64,000 bases of DNA from the NCBI GenBank assembly GCA_964370865.1, contig CAYJKF010000005.1, positions 35,281 to 99,280 on the forward strand, given 5' to 3'. This DNA comes from an uncultured Candidatus Saccharibacteria bacterium (GTDB lineage: Bacteria > Patescibacteriota > WWE3 > 2-01-FULL-39-13). Below, piece after piece: positions 10,678 to 21,701 of this stretch. Position numbers and translations under genes: made by a program. Under the pieces are notes generated by a model that made no database searches, was not told the DNA's origin, and saw nothing but the letters and a program-made list of their open reading frames with translations. Position 1 is the first letter of the stretch, and every line of letters begins with the position of its first letter.

Positions 10678-10874
10678 AGAACCTAATCCATAGCTCGTAA
10701 AAGGACAAAATTGACTGAATTAAAAAATAAAAACCAGTCCGAAAACTTTTTTATAAATTAAATAGGGAAAAGTAGTAAGTATTTTTTCTAAAAAGTCCTC
10801 CCCCAGGAAAAATTAAAAAATTATGAAATAATTCTGAACTGTACAAAACACCTTGTTAGATATACATTTTAGGT

Positions 10875-11396
10875 ATGTTAACAAGCGACAAACCCGCCCA
10901 GGCATACTATGGGCTATCCTCGACTGTTAAGTTGTTCGTGATATTAGGTTTCGTAGGTTTATTGGTTTCTCTATATTTACTATCCTCAAAAATATTCAAT
11001 TTAGACCCGGTTTGTGGGATTACCTCCTGTGGCATTGTAAATAGTAGTGAGTATTCATATTTGCTTAACATCCCTATTTCGGCCTGGGGAGTGTTGTTTT
11101 ATCTAGCAGTGATTGCAGGCGGTATCGAAATTGGCTTAATCCAAACAAAAAGAAATTCAATATTATTTCGATTAAAGCATTTGTTACATTTAGATATTCC
11201 GGAGGAACAATATTATTTAGTAATGAAAAAGCTTGTTTTTGCTTTAACCGTAACTGGAGTTATATTTTCTTCTTATCTTACTTATATTGAAGCGTTTGTT
11301 ATTCAAGCGTGGTGCCAGTGGTGCTTAGTCTCAGCATGGATAACTATTTGTTTGTTAGTTCTCTCCTTAAGCTTTTGGAAGAAGGAACTGGAATAA
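10875..11396 (+). CDS. Vitamin K epoxide reductase (VKOR) family protein
   Basis: Loop cysteines CGITSC, VNSSEYS, YIEAFVIQAWCQWC redox motif. Confidence 0.92.
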   Translation: MLTSDKPAQAYYGLSSTVKLFVILGFVGLLVSLYLLSSKIFNLDPVCGITSCGIVNSSEYSYLLNIPISAWGVLFYLAVIAGGIEIGLIQTKRNSILFRLKHLLHLDIPEEQYYLVMKKLVFALTVTGVIFSSYLTYIEAFVIQAWCQWCLVSAWITICLLVLSLSFWKKELE

Positions 11397-11418
11397 TCGC
11401 TGAATTAGTTTAATTAAT

Positions 11419-12036
11419 TTGGTTAACGGTATGAAAATTACTTTGCGTCAGCTATTTTTATTGATTCCACCTATACTAATACCGATAATAATTTTGATTC
11501 GGGTTACCTCCCATATTCCATATCTTTGGCTAATGACAAGGGATATCCCAACTTACCCAGGTTCATCCTTATATAAAACCGAATATTTCGGGGTTGGGTC
11601 ATTTAGTAATCCCGGTCCTCATCCAGTTTTATCTTATTGTTACAAGCTATCTGATGAAAATGAGAGGAAACGTTTAGTCGAAATTTGTAGGGAGGAAGTT
11701 AATGAGGGTTTGCGCAAGGAGATAGAATTTCTCAATAGCCTTGTCCAGCATCCGCTTGCAATACCTTATACATTTGAAACTGCCAAAGGTGTAAGAATCG
11801 ACGATTATAAGAAAATGTTAGCAGAAGATAATTTTCGAGATTGTCCCTCCGAGAAATTTCATAAAAAAGCTAGCGCCTTTTATAAGGATTGGCTTGTAAG
11901 CAAGGGATTTAACCAAATCCCCGAGCATGATGTAGATTATACAAACGAAAAAGCAGAGGCACGAATAATTGGATATGCTGCTAGTGAAAGCTATTGTATA
12001 CATTTTAAGGCAAACAAGTTCACAGTTTTAGAGTAG
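11419..12036 (+). CDS. Hypothetical membrane-anchored exported protein (likely start 11431)
   Basis: N-terminal hydrophobic anchor, IPTYPGS, four Cys. Confidence 0.6.
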   Translation: MVNGMKITLRQLFLLIPPILIPIIILIRVTSHIPYLWLMTRDIPTYPGSSLYKTEYFGVGSFSNPGPHPVLSYCYKLSDENERKRLVEICREEVNEGLRKEIEFLNSLVQHPLAIPYTFETAKGVRIDDYKKMLAEDNFRDCPSEKFHKKASAFYKDWLVSKGFNQIPEHDVDYTNEKAEARIIGYAASESYCIHFKANKFTVLE

Positions 12037-12118
12037 ACAAGAGCATTGGTTATTAATTCGTGTTTGTAAGGGCGATAGTATGATCATTATTCCACAATAA
12101 TCTTATTCCATATGCATC

Positions 12119-12195
12119 TGGTCGGGGTGAGAGGACTCGAACCTCTGACCTCAGCTATCCGAAAGCTGCGCGCTAGCCAACTGCGCTACACCCCG
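12119..12195 (-). tRNA. tRNA-Pro(CGG)
   Basis: Reverse complement CGGGGTG..CAGCT TTCGGAT AGCTG..GGTTCGAGTCC..CACCCCGACCA; full cloverleaf, CCA encoded. Confidence 0.95.
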
Positions 12196-12280
12196 TGTGT
12201 TACTAATTATAAACCCTTTACACTTTGTATAGGATAAAAAAGTTTCTAGAAATAGATTTTTCATCTGTTATACTTTCGAT

Positions 12281-13018
12281 ATGAATTCGGAGAAACTAAT
12301 AATATCGGCCATCGTTTTGATTACTTTAGGTATTTTTGGTTTCATTGCATATACATCTTTTAAAACACCAGTTCTATCAGAATTGACACCAGAACAGATT
12401 ATCGGAGTAGAGCCTCATACCCTAGGTTCTAACGTCAACGAAGCAAAACTTGTATTAGTAGAATTTAGTGATTTTGAGTGTCCATATTGCGCACAAGTAG
12501 CACCGGTATTAGAGAATTTAGTTGCCTCAACATCAGAAGTGGCCTTAGTGTATAGGCATTTTCCAATTCCAGGTCATAGATACTCACAAATGGCCGCGAG
12601 AGCAAGCGAAGCCGCTGCAAACCAAGGTAAATTCTGGGAAATGTCCGCAGAATTATTTAAAATTTCACCCGATTTAACCGAAGAGAATATTAAAATACTA
12701 GCTAAGGATTTAGGCCTTAATGAGGAACAATTTGCCAATGATCTTTCGAGTCAAGAAACGATAGATAAAGTAACAGAAGACTTAAACAGGTCTAGGACGT
12801 TAAATCTAAACGGTACCCCTTCATTCTACGTTGTACAAGACGGAGAATTCGAAAAGCTTGATATAACTAGCATAAATTCGGTTGAAGATGAGGTTCGTAG
12901 AAGACTTGGTCAACCAGAATCCCAGCCTCAATCAGAAACAGTGCCAGAAGCAGTGTTAGAATCCCAGGTCCAACCAGTATCTGAACCAGTGACAGAACCT
13001 GAACCAGTAACGGAGTAA
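12281..13018 (+). CDS. DsbA family thiol-disulfide oxidoreductase
   Basis: EFSDFECPYC, YRHFP, AANQGKFW, GTP cis-Pro; N-terminal TM; Pro/Glu-rich tail. Confidence 0.92.
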   Translation: MNSEKLIISAIVLITLGIFGFIAYTSFKTPVLSELTPEQIIGVEPHTLGSNVNEAKLVLVEFSDFECPYCAQVAPVLENLVASTSEVALVYRHFPIPGHRYSQMAARASEAAANQGKFWEMSAELFKISPDLTEENIKILAKDLGLNEEQFANDLSSQETIDKVTEDLNRSRTLNLNGTPSFYVVQDGEFEKLDITSINSVEDEVRRRLGQPESQPQSETVPEAVLESQVQPVSEPVTEPEPVTE

Positions 13019-13030
13019 ACTTCGTCAACC

Positions 13031-13684
13031 CTAAACTCTAAACGCGCTTGGGCAAATATCATTTAAAGGGCAGTTTGCGCAGTCTGGTTTTTTGGCTTTG
13101 CATATATACCTACCGAGTAAAACAGTCGACGCAGAGAAAAAAATCCATTCGTCTTTATCTATTATATTCATCAGTTCGACCTCGATTTTTTCGGCATCTT
13201 TTTTATCTGAATATTTAGTTAGTCCTAGCCTCCATGCAACTCTAGATACATGTGTGTCCACTACAATTCCTTCAGTAATTCCATATATAACATGCAGTAT
13301 TACGTTCGCACTCTTTCGACCTAAACCAGGGACCTTCACTAATTCCTCCATCGATCTTGGCATTTCCCCATTATGATGTCGGATAAGATACTGGCATGCT
13401 TTAATAAGTCGGGCAACTTTGCTGTTATAAAAATTAATAGTAGAAACATATTTAGATAAGATTTCAGGGTCTTCATTAGCAAAATCTTGTGCAGTTTTAT
13501 AATGTTTGAAGAATCCTATGGTTGCCTTATTGACACCTTTATCAGTAGCTTGTGCACTTAGGATGACAGACACCATAAATTGAATGGGTGTTTCCCAGTT
13601 TTCAAGTTCAGTTTTGGGATCTTTGTAATAGGAGTGAAGTCTTGAAGTTATTTCTATCGAATTCATATGCGTAAAGATTATCAT
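13031..13684 (-). CDS. nth: Endonuclease III (likely start 13666)
   Basis: ILSAQATD, HhH VPGLGRKSA, VDTHV, 4Fe-4S motif CKAKKPDCANCPLNDIC. Confidence 0.95.
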   Translation of the reverse strand: MIIFTHMNSIEITSRLHSYYKDPKTELENWETPIQFMVSVILSAQATDKGVNKATIGFFKHYKTAQDFANEDPEILSKYVSTINFYNSKVARLIKACQYLIRHHNGEMPRSMEELVKVPGLGRKSANVILHVIYGITEGIVVDTHVSRVAWRLGLTKYSDKKDAEKIEVELMNIIDKDEWIFFSASTVLLGRYICKAKKPDCANCPLNDICPSAFRV

Positions 13685-13719
13685 TTCAACGCGTTGTTTA
13701 GCTATGCTATTCTTAATAT

Positions 13720-14736
13720 ATGAGTACCCTACTGCCCAATAAGGTTTGTTTTTTCGAGGTCAAAGACTGGGAAAAAACACTAATAAACGACAACTTCAAA
13801 AAAGATGTGATGTTGTGCTCGGAAACATTAACCTTAGATAACTATACGGAATTTAAAGAAGCGACGGTTATTTCTGTTTTTATAAGTTCAGTATTAAACG
13901 AGGAATTATTATCCAAATTTCCAAATTTAAAAGTTATTGCGACCAGATCTACAGGATATGACCATGTAGATATTAAATATTGTCAAAGCAAAGGTATTAC
14001 GGTCTGTAATGTGCCAAGTTATGGTGAAAATACAGTTGCTGAGCATGCAATGGCGCTATTATTAGCACTTGCGAAGAGGATTCCTGAGTCGATTGACCGT
14101 GTAAAACAAGGCAATTTTCTACCAGATGGATTAACTGGTATTGATTTGAAGGATCGAGTTCTTGGCGTAATTGGTACTGGTCATATTGGAGTCAATATGA
14201 TCCAAATGGCAAATGGTTTTAAGATGAAGGTAATCGCTTATGATGCATTCCCTAAACCAGCGCTCGAATCTGAGCTAAATTTCAGTTATGTGGATTTTAA
14301 TTACTTACTAAAGAAAAGTGATGTTATTTCGATTCATGTTCCATATAGCGAAAAAACACATCACTTAATAAATAGGGACAACGTTAAAGATCTTAAAGAT
14401 AAAGTAATTCTTATAAATACATCTAGAGGAGGAATTATTGAAACTGATGCCCTTTACGATGGATTAAGATCCGGAAAAATAGGAGGAGCCGGTTTGGATG
14501 TTGTTGAACAAGAGCAGTTTATTAAGGAAGAATTAGAGCTCCTACACACTGATGAACATGGAGATATCGATTTTAAAGTGGCTTTAGAGAACCATATGAT
14601 GGCTTATTTTCCGAATGTAATAATTACTCCACATAACGCATTTAACTCTCATGAAGCTTTAATGAGAATCATAAAAACAACGATTGAGAACATCGTCTCT
14701 TATATAAATGGTGAGCCTAAAAATCTTGTTAAATAA
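13720..14736 (+). CDS. D-isomer 2-hydroxyacid (D-lactate-type) dehydrogenase
   Basis: RSTGYDHVD, VAEHA, GTGHIG, INTSRG, ITPHNAF. Confidence 0.9.
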   Translation: MSTLLPNKVCFFEVKDWEKTLINDNFKKDVMLCSETLTLDNYTEFKEATVISVFISSVLNEELLSKFPNLKVIATRSTGYDHVDIKYCQSKGITVCNVPSYGENTVAEHAMALLLALAKRIPESIDRVKQGNFLPDGLTGIDLKDRVLGVIGTGHIGVNMIQMANGFKMKVIAYDAFPKPALESELNFSYVDFNYLLKKSDVISIHVPYSEKTHHLINRDNVKDLKDKVILINTSRGGIIETDALYDGLRSGKIGGAGLDVVEQEQFIKEELELLHTDEHGDIDFKVALENHMMAYFPNVIITPHNAFNSHEALMRIIKTTIENIVSYINGEPKNLVK

Positions 14737-14778
14737 GCAAGTTGTTAGTTTGCTTGCCACATAGTTTATAATTACTAA

Positions 14779-15711
14779 ATGGTTTACGACACAATTATAG
14801 TTGGTGCAGGCGCTGCGGGTTGTTCCGCCGCGATTTACGCTACAAGATACAATTTAAAAACATTAATGTTAGGTGGTCCAATGCCTGGAGGTTTAATTAC
14901 GGAGGCATCTGATGTTGAAAATTATCCGGGATTTCTATCAATTACGGGAGCTGAATTAGCGCAAAGATTTCTTGATCAAGCCGTTCAACTGGGCGCGGAG
15001 TCAAAGATTGAAATAGTAACCGATATTGATAAGCAAGGCGATATCTTTAACGTAACTACATACAATAGTAAATATCAATCAAAAAGCGTTATTTTAGCAA
15101 TGGGTACTCATCACCGTAAGTTAGGCGTACCGGGTGAAATAGAACTTGCTGGACGTGGTGTAAGCTATTGTGCAACATGTGATGCTCCTTTTTTTAAAGA
15201 TAAAACAGTAGTAGTTATTGGTGGAGGAAACAGCGCGATCGAAGGCGCTCAGGATATTTCAATGCATGCCAAAACCGTATATTTAGTATCAAGATCTACG
15301 TTGAAAGCGGCTCCAATTTATATAGATCAATTAAGAAGTAGAAAAAATATTGTTGAAATTTCAGACACAAATATCGCAAAAATTAATGGTGAAAGTAAAG
15401 TTATAAGTGTCACTTTGGATAGGCCTTATAATAACAATGCGGAATTAATTTGTGATGGAGTTTTTGTTCAAATTGGATATCAGCCTCAAAATGAATTGGC
15501 TAAAAAAATGGGAATAAAATTATCTGATTATGGATATGTGGTAGTGGATGCTGGAATGGGAACAAGTCTTCCAGGAGTATTTTCTGCTGGTGATATAAAT
15601 ACTGGATCTAATCAATTACATCAACAAGTCACATCAGCTGCAGAAGGTGCTATTGCCGCGCAGAGCGCATATAGATACGCAGCAGGTATGTCATATCTTG
15701 TAAACGCATAA
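14779..15711 (+). CDS. trxB: Thioredoxin reductase
   Basis: GAGAAG, ENYPG, SYCATCD, GGGNSA, FSAGD. Confidence 0.92.
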   Translation: MVYDTIIVGAGAAGCSAAIYATRYNLKTLMLGGPMPGGLITEASDVENYPGFLSITGAELAQRFLDQAVQLGAESKIEIVTDIDKQGDIFNVTTYNSKYQSKSVILAMGTHHRKLGVPGEIELAGRGVSYCATCDAPFFKDKTVVVIGGGNSAIEGAQDISMHAKTVYLVSRSTLKAAPIYIDQLRSRKNIVEISDTNIAKINGESKVISVTLDRPYNNNAELICDGVFVQIGYQPQNELAKKMGIKLSDYGYVVVDAGMGTSLPGVFSAGDINTGSNQLHQQVTSAAEGAIAAQSAYRYAAGMSYLVNA

Positions 15712-15753
15712 GACATAGACTGACAAGTCACCCGGTTTTGGTAGAATATCAAC

Positions 15754-16851
15754 ATGACAAACACTTCAAAAAGAAACAACATACTGCTTAGTGGCGGAGT
15801 TGACAGCGCCGTTGCAGCTCTACTAGTTAGTAGGAATAGTAATGAATCTACGTGTTATTACATTCTATGTTGGGATACTGGGGACTATTGCCACAGTGAT
15901 AAGGACTATCAAGACGCTGTTAATATTTCCGCAACACTTGGGATTCCTTTAAAGAAATTGGACTTAAGGAATATTTACAAATCAGAGATTTTTACAAAAT
16001 TTATTGAAGATTATAAAAATGGATTAACCCCGAATCCCGATGTACTTTGTAATAGTAAAATAAAATTTGGTAGCATAACATCCTCGGTATTTGATGATGG
16101 TTATATTGTAACTGGTCATTACGCGTCTATATTCGAGGTACCCGATAGTATTAGAAGCAGGTTTAAAGTAGATGTCCAAAACTTGATTAAAATTCCTAAG
16201 GATATCAATAAGGATCAGACATATTTTCTAGCCGAAATTTTCGACTCACCATTACTAGACCGTATTAAATTTCCATTAGGTAATCTTATGAAATCTGAGG
16301 TAAGAAAAATTGCAGAAGACAATTCTATAAATGTATATAAGAAACAGGATAGCCAGGGTATCTGTTTTGTAGGAGATATTTCTATGAGAAAATTTCTCTC
16401 TACTTATATTAGTCCAAATCCCGGAAACATAATTGATAGTAACTCGGAGGTGGTAGGTAGTCATAGTGGGCTGTTTAATTACACGATAGGACAAAGAAAA
16501 GGCTTGGAGTCAGTAAAAAATGTAGGTGTTCCGCTGTACGTGATAGAGAAACGAGTGTCTGACAATACATTAATTGTTGGTTGTAGGGAAGATTGTATGT
16601 CTCAATTATTAGAAATGCTTGATTTTAAGCATGTTTTAAATAATAGCGATGTCTTGAGTAGCCTGCTAACGGAGGGGCTCTATATAAGAGTAAGATCGAG
16701 TGGCGAGTTGGTTGGTATGAAAAGTCTCACTTATATCTCTAATAATAAGGTAAAAATTGTATTAAAACAGCCTATATTTGCGCCGGCTCCTGGCCAGTAC
16801 GGAGTATTGTACTGGAATCAGTGCATTATCGGACGTGGCGTGATTTCCTAG
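15754..16851 (+). CDS. mnmA: tRNA 2-thiouridylase
   Basis: SGGVDS, TPNPDVLCN, TGHY, KDQTYFL, DSQGICF, YTIGQRKGL. Confidence 0.95.
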   Translation: MTNTSKRNNILLSGGVDSAVAALLVSRNSNESTCYYILCWDTGDYCHSDKDYQDAVNISATLGIPLKKLDLRNIYKSEIFTKFIEDYKNGLTPNPDVLCNSKIKFGSITSSVFDDGYIVTGHYASIFEVPDSIRSRFKVDVQNLIKIPKDINKDQTYFLAEIFDSPLLDRIKFPLGNLMKSEVRKIAEDNSINVYKKQDSQGICFVGDISMRKFLSTYISPNPGNIIDSNSEVVGSHSGLFNYTIGQRKGLESVKNVGVPLYVIEKRVSDNTLIVGCREDCMSQLLEMLDFKHVLNNSDVLSSLLTEGLYIRVRSSGELVGMKSLTYISNNKVKIVLKQPIFAPAPGQYGVLYWNQCIIGRGVIS

Positions 16852-16951
16852 CCTTGCTTCTTCCGACCTGTAGTTTCAACAACTCGTTAAAATACTTGAC
16901 ACATTTGTGTTCATTGCGGTTAAATTCATTAAGTAATAGACAATAATAAGC

Positions 16952-17842
16952 ATGCCCAGAAAGAATACAAAAAATACCCAACATAAATACATAGGTTTTG
17001 ATCAAATGTTGAGTCAATCATTCTGGGAACTGTTTCACTCAGATTCTAAGAGCGCTATTTGGAACAAACAAGAATTAAACCTCTCTTCATATATAAACTG
17101 GAATGAAGTCTCAAACCTAGTAGATTGGGGCCAGCTAGACTTACTCGAGAAGAAACATTTAAACTTAATAGATACAAAACCACTAGTTACCTTCGTTCAA
17201 TATGTCGGAGCTTTTTCATCTGTGTTTTTACTATTAGGTAGTTTTTCATTAAGAGTTGCACTCGACCAATATATCTATAGTCGCAATTTAGCTTTCGAAC
17301 ATGCTCAAACCTATTCATATGCGTCAGTTCCATCAAATCAAATGGAAGTCTCCGAAGCAGTATTAGGAGTTTCCACATCCAATGATACTTATGACTATAG
17401 AGATTCAGTATGGAATGAAGACACATCCGTCTTTTATGTTGAAGACGAATATGTAGAAGCCGAACCAATGGTATTTGAAGAGGTTTATGTAGAGGATGCG
17501 ATTGTAGAGGAAACTAATGAAGCGGAGTCTTCATTCAGAACAATGACTAGATCAAATCTTTGCTCTTTCAGCTATGGCGATACCATGTATGCAAGTGGTG
17601 CTACGGTTAATCAAAATCAGGTAAGCAATGAGATTTGTATTAAAAAGCCAAACTCAATAAGTAATATAAGCGCAAGACTACTCGGTGGTCTAAGTGGTGA
17701 AGATAATCTAAGCCTAAATGGTTCAGGTTGTGTAAAATTAGGGACGAAAGCCGAAGTCGATTCATCCAAACTAAATGTTGAGATGTATGATGAGAACAAT
17801 CTTAAAGTGGGTAATTGTGAACTAGTTTTCGCATCACTTTAA
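16952..17842 (+). CDS. Hypothetical membrane-anchored protein
   Basis: One TM, acidic linker, VLG motif, Cys-containing C-terminal domain. Confidence 0.6.
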   Translation: MPRKNTKNTQHKYIGFDQMLSQSFWELFHSDSKSAIWNKQELNLSSYINWNEVSNLVDWGQLDLLEKKHLNLIDTKPLVTFVQYVGAFSSVFLLLGSFSLRVALDQYIYSRNLAFEHAQTYSYASVPSNQMEVSEAVLGVSTSNDTYDYRDSVWNEDTSVFYVEDEYVEAEPMVFEEVYVEDAIVEETNEAESSFRTMTRSNLCSFSYGDTMYASGATVNQNQVSNEICIKKPNSISNISARLLGGLSGEDNLSLNGSGCVKLGTKAEVDSSKLNVEMYDENNLKVGNCELVFASL

Positions 17843-17843
17843 T

Positions 17844-18056
17844 ATGTCATTTTCAATCAAATTCTACTCGTATATCGTCTCCTCTGTCTTGCTTTTCGCT
17901 GGAGCTTTCATAGCAATTCCTTTAACTTATAGCTTAGATGGAATGACCACTGCCAATGCAGGAACGGTAGTAACATCTACAGTAGCTGAAATAAATACCG
18001 GTCAGTCAACCTTTCCTTCAGATGAATTCAATCTTGAAGTTACCTTTTTATCATAA
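17844..18056 (+). CDS. Small exported/membrane hypothetical protein
   Basis: N-terminal hydrophobic segment; directly follows the upstream ORF. Confidence 0.55.
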   Translation: MSFSIKFYSYIVSSVLLFAGAFIAIPLTYSLDGMTTANAGTVVTSTVAEINTGQSTFPSDEFNLEVTFLS

Positions 18057-18079
18057 TCCCAGATTTTCCTTATAGAGCA

Positions 18080-18109
18080 TTGACGGTTTGCTTATCTTAC
18101 TGCTAAAAT
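18080..18109 (+). promoter_or_regulatory. Sigma70-type promoter of the 16S gene
   Basis: TTGACG-18 nt-TAAAAT with TG extension; boxA-like TACTTTAAAAA follows. Confidence 0.75.
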
Positions 18110-18139
18110 TGCAATCGCAACCATTTTGTACTTTAAAAA

Positions 18140-18171
18140 TTTAATCAAGTTTTGATTGGTGAAAAGAATTC
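18140..18171 (+). promoter_or_regulatory. 5' arm of 16S precursor processing stem
   Basis: TTTAATCAAGTTTTGATTGGTGAAAAGAATTC pairs (with G-U) with 19755-19786. Confidence 0.85.
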
Positions 18172-19613
<1,442 letters not shown>

Positions 19614-19754
19614 CAAGGAGAAAAAACGGTTGGTTTCCGATGGAAATCGATCCTTTACACAAAAGGTATAGTCAACCTTGTGTATCGTATAAGAGATCTT
19701 CTCACAAAGATCTCAGACAGCTTTCGTAGAAGAGAGGCATAAATTTCTACAACG

Positions 19755-19786
19755 GAATTCTTTTCACCGCTTAGAACTTGATTAAA
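19755..19786 (+). promoter_or_regulatory. 3' arm of 16S precursor processing stem
   Basis: GAATTCTTTTCACCGCTTAGAACTTGATTAAA complementary to 18140-18171. Confidence 0.85.
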
Positions 19787-19811
19787 AATAAACAAAAATG
19801 TTAGACACTCT

Positions 19812-19843
19812 AATCCGACTTAAACGTCGGATTTTTTGTTTTT
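19812..19843 (+). terminator. Intrinsic terminator after 16S
   Basis: AATCCGAC-ttaaac-GTCGGATT hairpin followed by TTTTGTTTTT. Confidence 0.8.
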
Positions 19844-19981
19844 CTTCGCTAGAGATATAAAGTAACCTGTAACGTAGAATATGGTCTTAAATCACTCATT
19901 AGGTGGCGTTAAGAATACGTAAATATTAGATTGACAAAAATTGGGATATAATTAAGCGATATTTTATTTAAAAATTTGTAA

Positions 19982-20494
19982 ATGAAATTCAACGTTGGAA
20001 ATCTTCCATACAGAAAGGCTGTTCATGTTTATATTTTTGATGATACTTTTGAACACCTTCTGATTGTTCGTCATAAGGGGAATAATAATGATTGGTCTAT
20101 TCCAGGCGGTGGGATTGAAGGAGACGAGAGTCCTCTTGAAACGGCAATTAGAGAGGTAAAAGAGGAATTTCAAATTGATATTGATGTGTTATTTAAATCG
20201 GATCATTCCCGTCGTTATGATTGGACGGAAAGTTTTATACAGATATTTTATAAGGATCGAAATGTATTGTACCGTGGCCAAGAAAAGATTCCTTTTGTTG
20301 CAAAGTATTATGGAAGTTTTGATCAATTAAAAGTTGATAGGGCGGAGATTTCCGAGTTTAAGTGGGTAAAGTTGAGAGAAATTCCGCAGTATTTTATAGA
20401 GGGGGATTCTAAACTAGAGAATATTGGACAAGTGTTTGACGATATAGATTCGCTTTATAATACTAATATCTCTGATTTTCTGATAAAATCTTAA
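19982..20494 (+). CDS. NUDIX hydrolase (RppH-like)
   Basis: Nudix box GGIEGDESPLETAIREVKEEF; YRGQ motif. Confidence 0.88.
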   Translation: MKFNVGNLPYRKAVHVYIFDDTFEHLLIVRHKGNNNDWSIPGGGIEGDESPLETAIREVKEEFQIDIDVLFKSDHSRRYDWTESFIQIFYKDRNVLYRGQEKIPFVAKYYGSFDQLKVDRAEISEFKWVKLREIPQYFIEGDSKLENIGQVFDDIDSLYNTNISDFLIKS

Positions 20495-20500
20495 TGTTTT

Positions 20501-20577
20501 GGGCAGGTAGCTCAGCTGGTTAGAGCGCCAAACTGATAATTTGGAGGTCGGAGGTTCGAGTCCTCCCCCGCCCACCA
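20501..20577 (+). tRNA. tRNA-Ile(GAT)
   Basis: CCAAA CTGATAA TTTGG anticodon arm, GGTTCGAGTCC, encoded CCA. Confidence 0.95.
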
Positions 20578-20637
20578 GGGAAAAGTCGAAAAATCCCGTT
20601 TAAAAAATAGTAGTTTATAAGCCTCGAGTTAAGCTAT

Positions 20638-21462
20638 CTAATTAGTATTCAGGGTAGATAGTATCTTCTTTGCCTGTTCTTTTCGTGTATTTAATAAGCC
20701 GGTTTTATCCTCTAAGCTGAGAATATCTTCGGCATACATTCTAGCTAATTCCGGTCTGTTCTCATTCTGGCAAATCGTTGCATAAGTAATCCATAAACCT
20801 GACTTCCACACTCTTATTTTCATTAATCCATCTGAATTTTTAAGTTCTTCTTCGTATCCGTTGTAGAGGGCTATTTCACCTTCGTGCAATGTGGCGAGGG
20901 CTTTATGAACATCTTTGTTTGCTAAGTAATGAAGTTGAGCTAGTTTAGTAAACACCCAGGCTTTGTGAGCCTCTGAACCTCCGAGATTTTCTATTGAATA
21001 TTGTACGTAAGAAAAAGCCGAAGCAACTTTATCATCGTTACCACTAATGCTGCCCATTTTCAGCTGTTCGATAATTGTGTCTGATAGGTGAGCATATACA
21101 ATTGCTTTTCTAGCTTTGTCATCTGGAAAGTGCGTTTCAAGTAGTTCAAGGGCTCTTAGCTGAATGTCTTCCGCCTGTTGTATTCTTCCTGATTTTTCAT
21201 CCAGATTTTCTGTGGCTCCGGCCCAATTTACATAGGCAATTCGTAGGTGTCCAAGAACGTCTAATTCGCCACTAGGATTATTATTTTCTTGGTCCCATTT
21301 GATGACATTTTTTAGACCTCCAACAGCAGATTCGAAATCCTCTTGCTCCCTTAAAATCACGTAGTGATTTTTCAGATTTTCTCTTTCTTCTACGTTTTGT
21401 ATTTCAACATTTGTGTCCATATGTTTGAATTGTACTACAATCCAATTGCAGTGTGACTTCAA
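20638..21462 (-). CDS. Helical-repeat (TPR-like) hypothetical protein (likely start 21420)
   Basis: Repeated amphipathic helices; TACAAT 8 nt upstream of MDTNVE. Confidence 0.6.
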   Translation of the reverse strand: MKSHCNWIVVQFKHMDTNVEIQNVEERENLKNHYVILREQEDFESAVGGLKNVIKWDQENNNPSGELDVLGHLRIAYVNWAGATENLDEKSGRIQQAEDIQLRALELLETHFPDDKARKAIVYAHLSDTIIEQLKMGSISGNDDKVASAFSYVQYSIENLGGSEAHKAWVFTKLAQLHYLANKDVHKALATLHEGEIALYNGYEEELKNSDGLMKIRVWKSGLWITYATICQNENRPELARMYAEDILSLEDKTGLLNTRKEQAKKILSTLNTN

Positions 21463-21701
21463 TTTGTCATAGTTAATATCGCGGGTAAATGAAAAGCTTC
21501 TAGCGGATTACTATATTAACCGCAAATGGTAATATTTTTTGTTTTTCCCGCGAGAAAAACGTATCCAAGGTTGATTTAGCGTTATTAATATTGTGACATT
21601 ACTTTCTGCTTGGTTGAGTTCCTTCCTCCAAACTTTTAAGTATAGATAGTCCTAATAATTTTATATTAGGGTTGTAATCTAAATGGTGTTAGAATGATTA
21701 T

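Noticed and set aside
12905-13015. Pro/Glu repeats in the DsbA tail
   Set aside because: Degenerate low-complexity tail without exact nucleotide periodicity
19931-19952. TTGACA..TATAAT promoter for the NUDIX gene
   Set aside because: Spacer is only 10 nt; not a canonical pair
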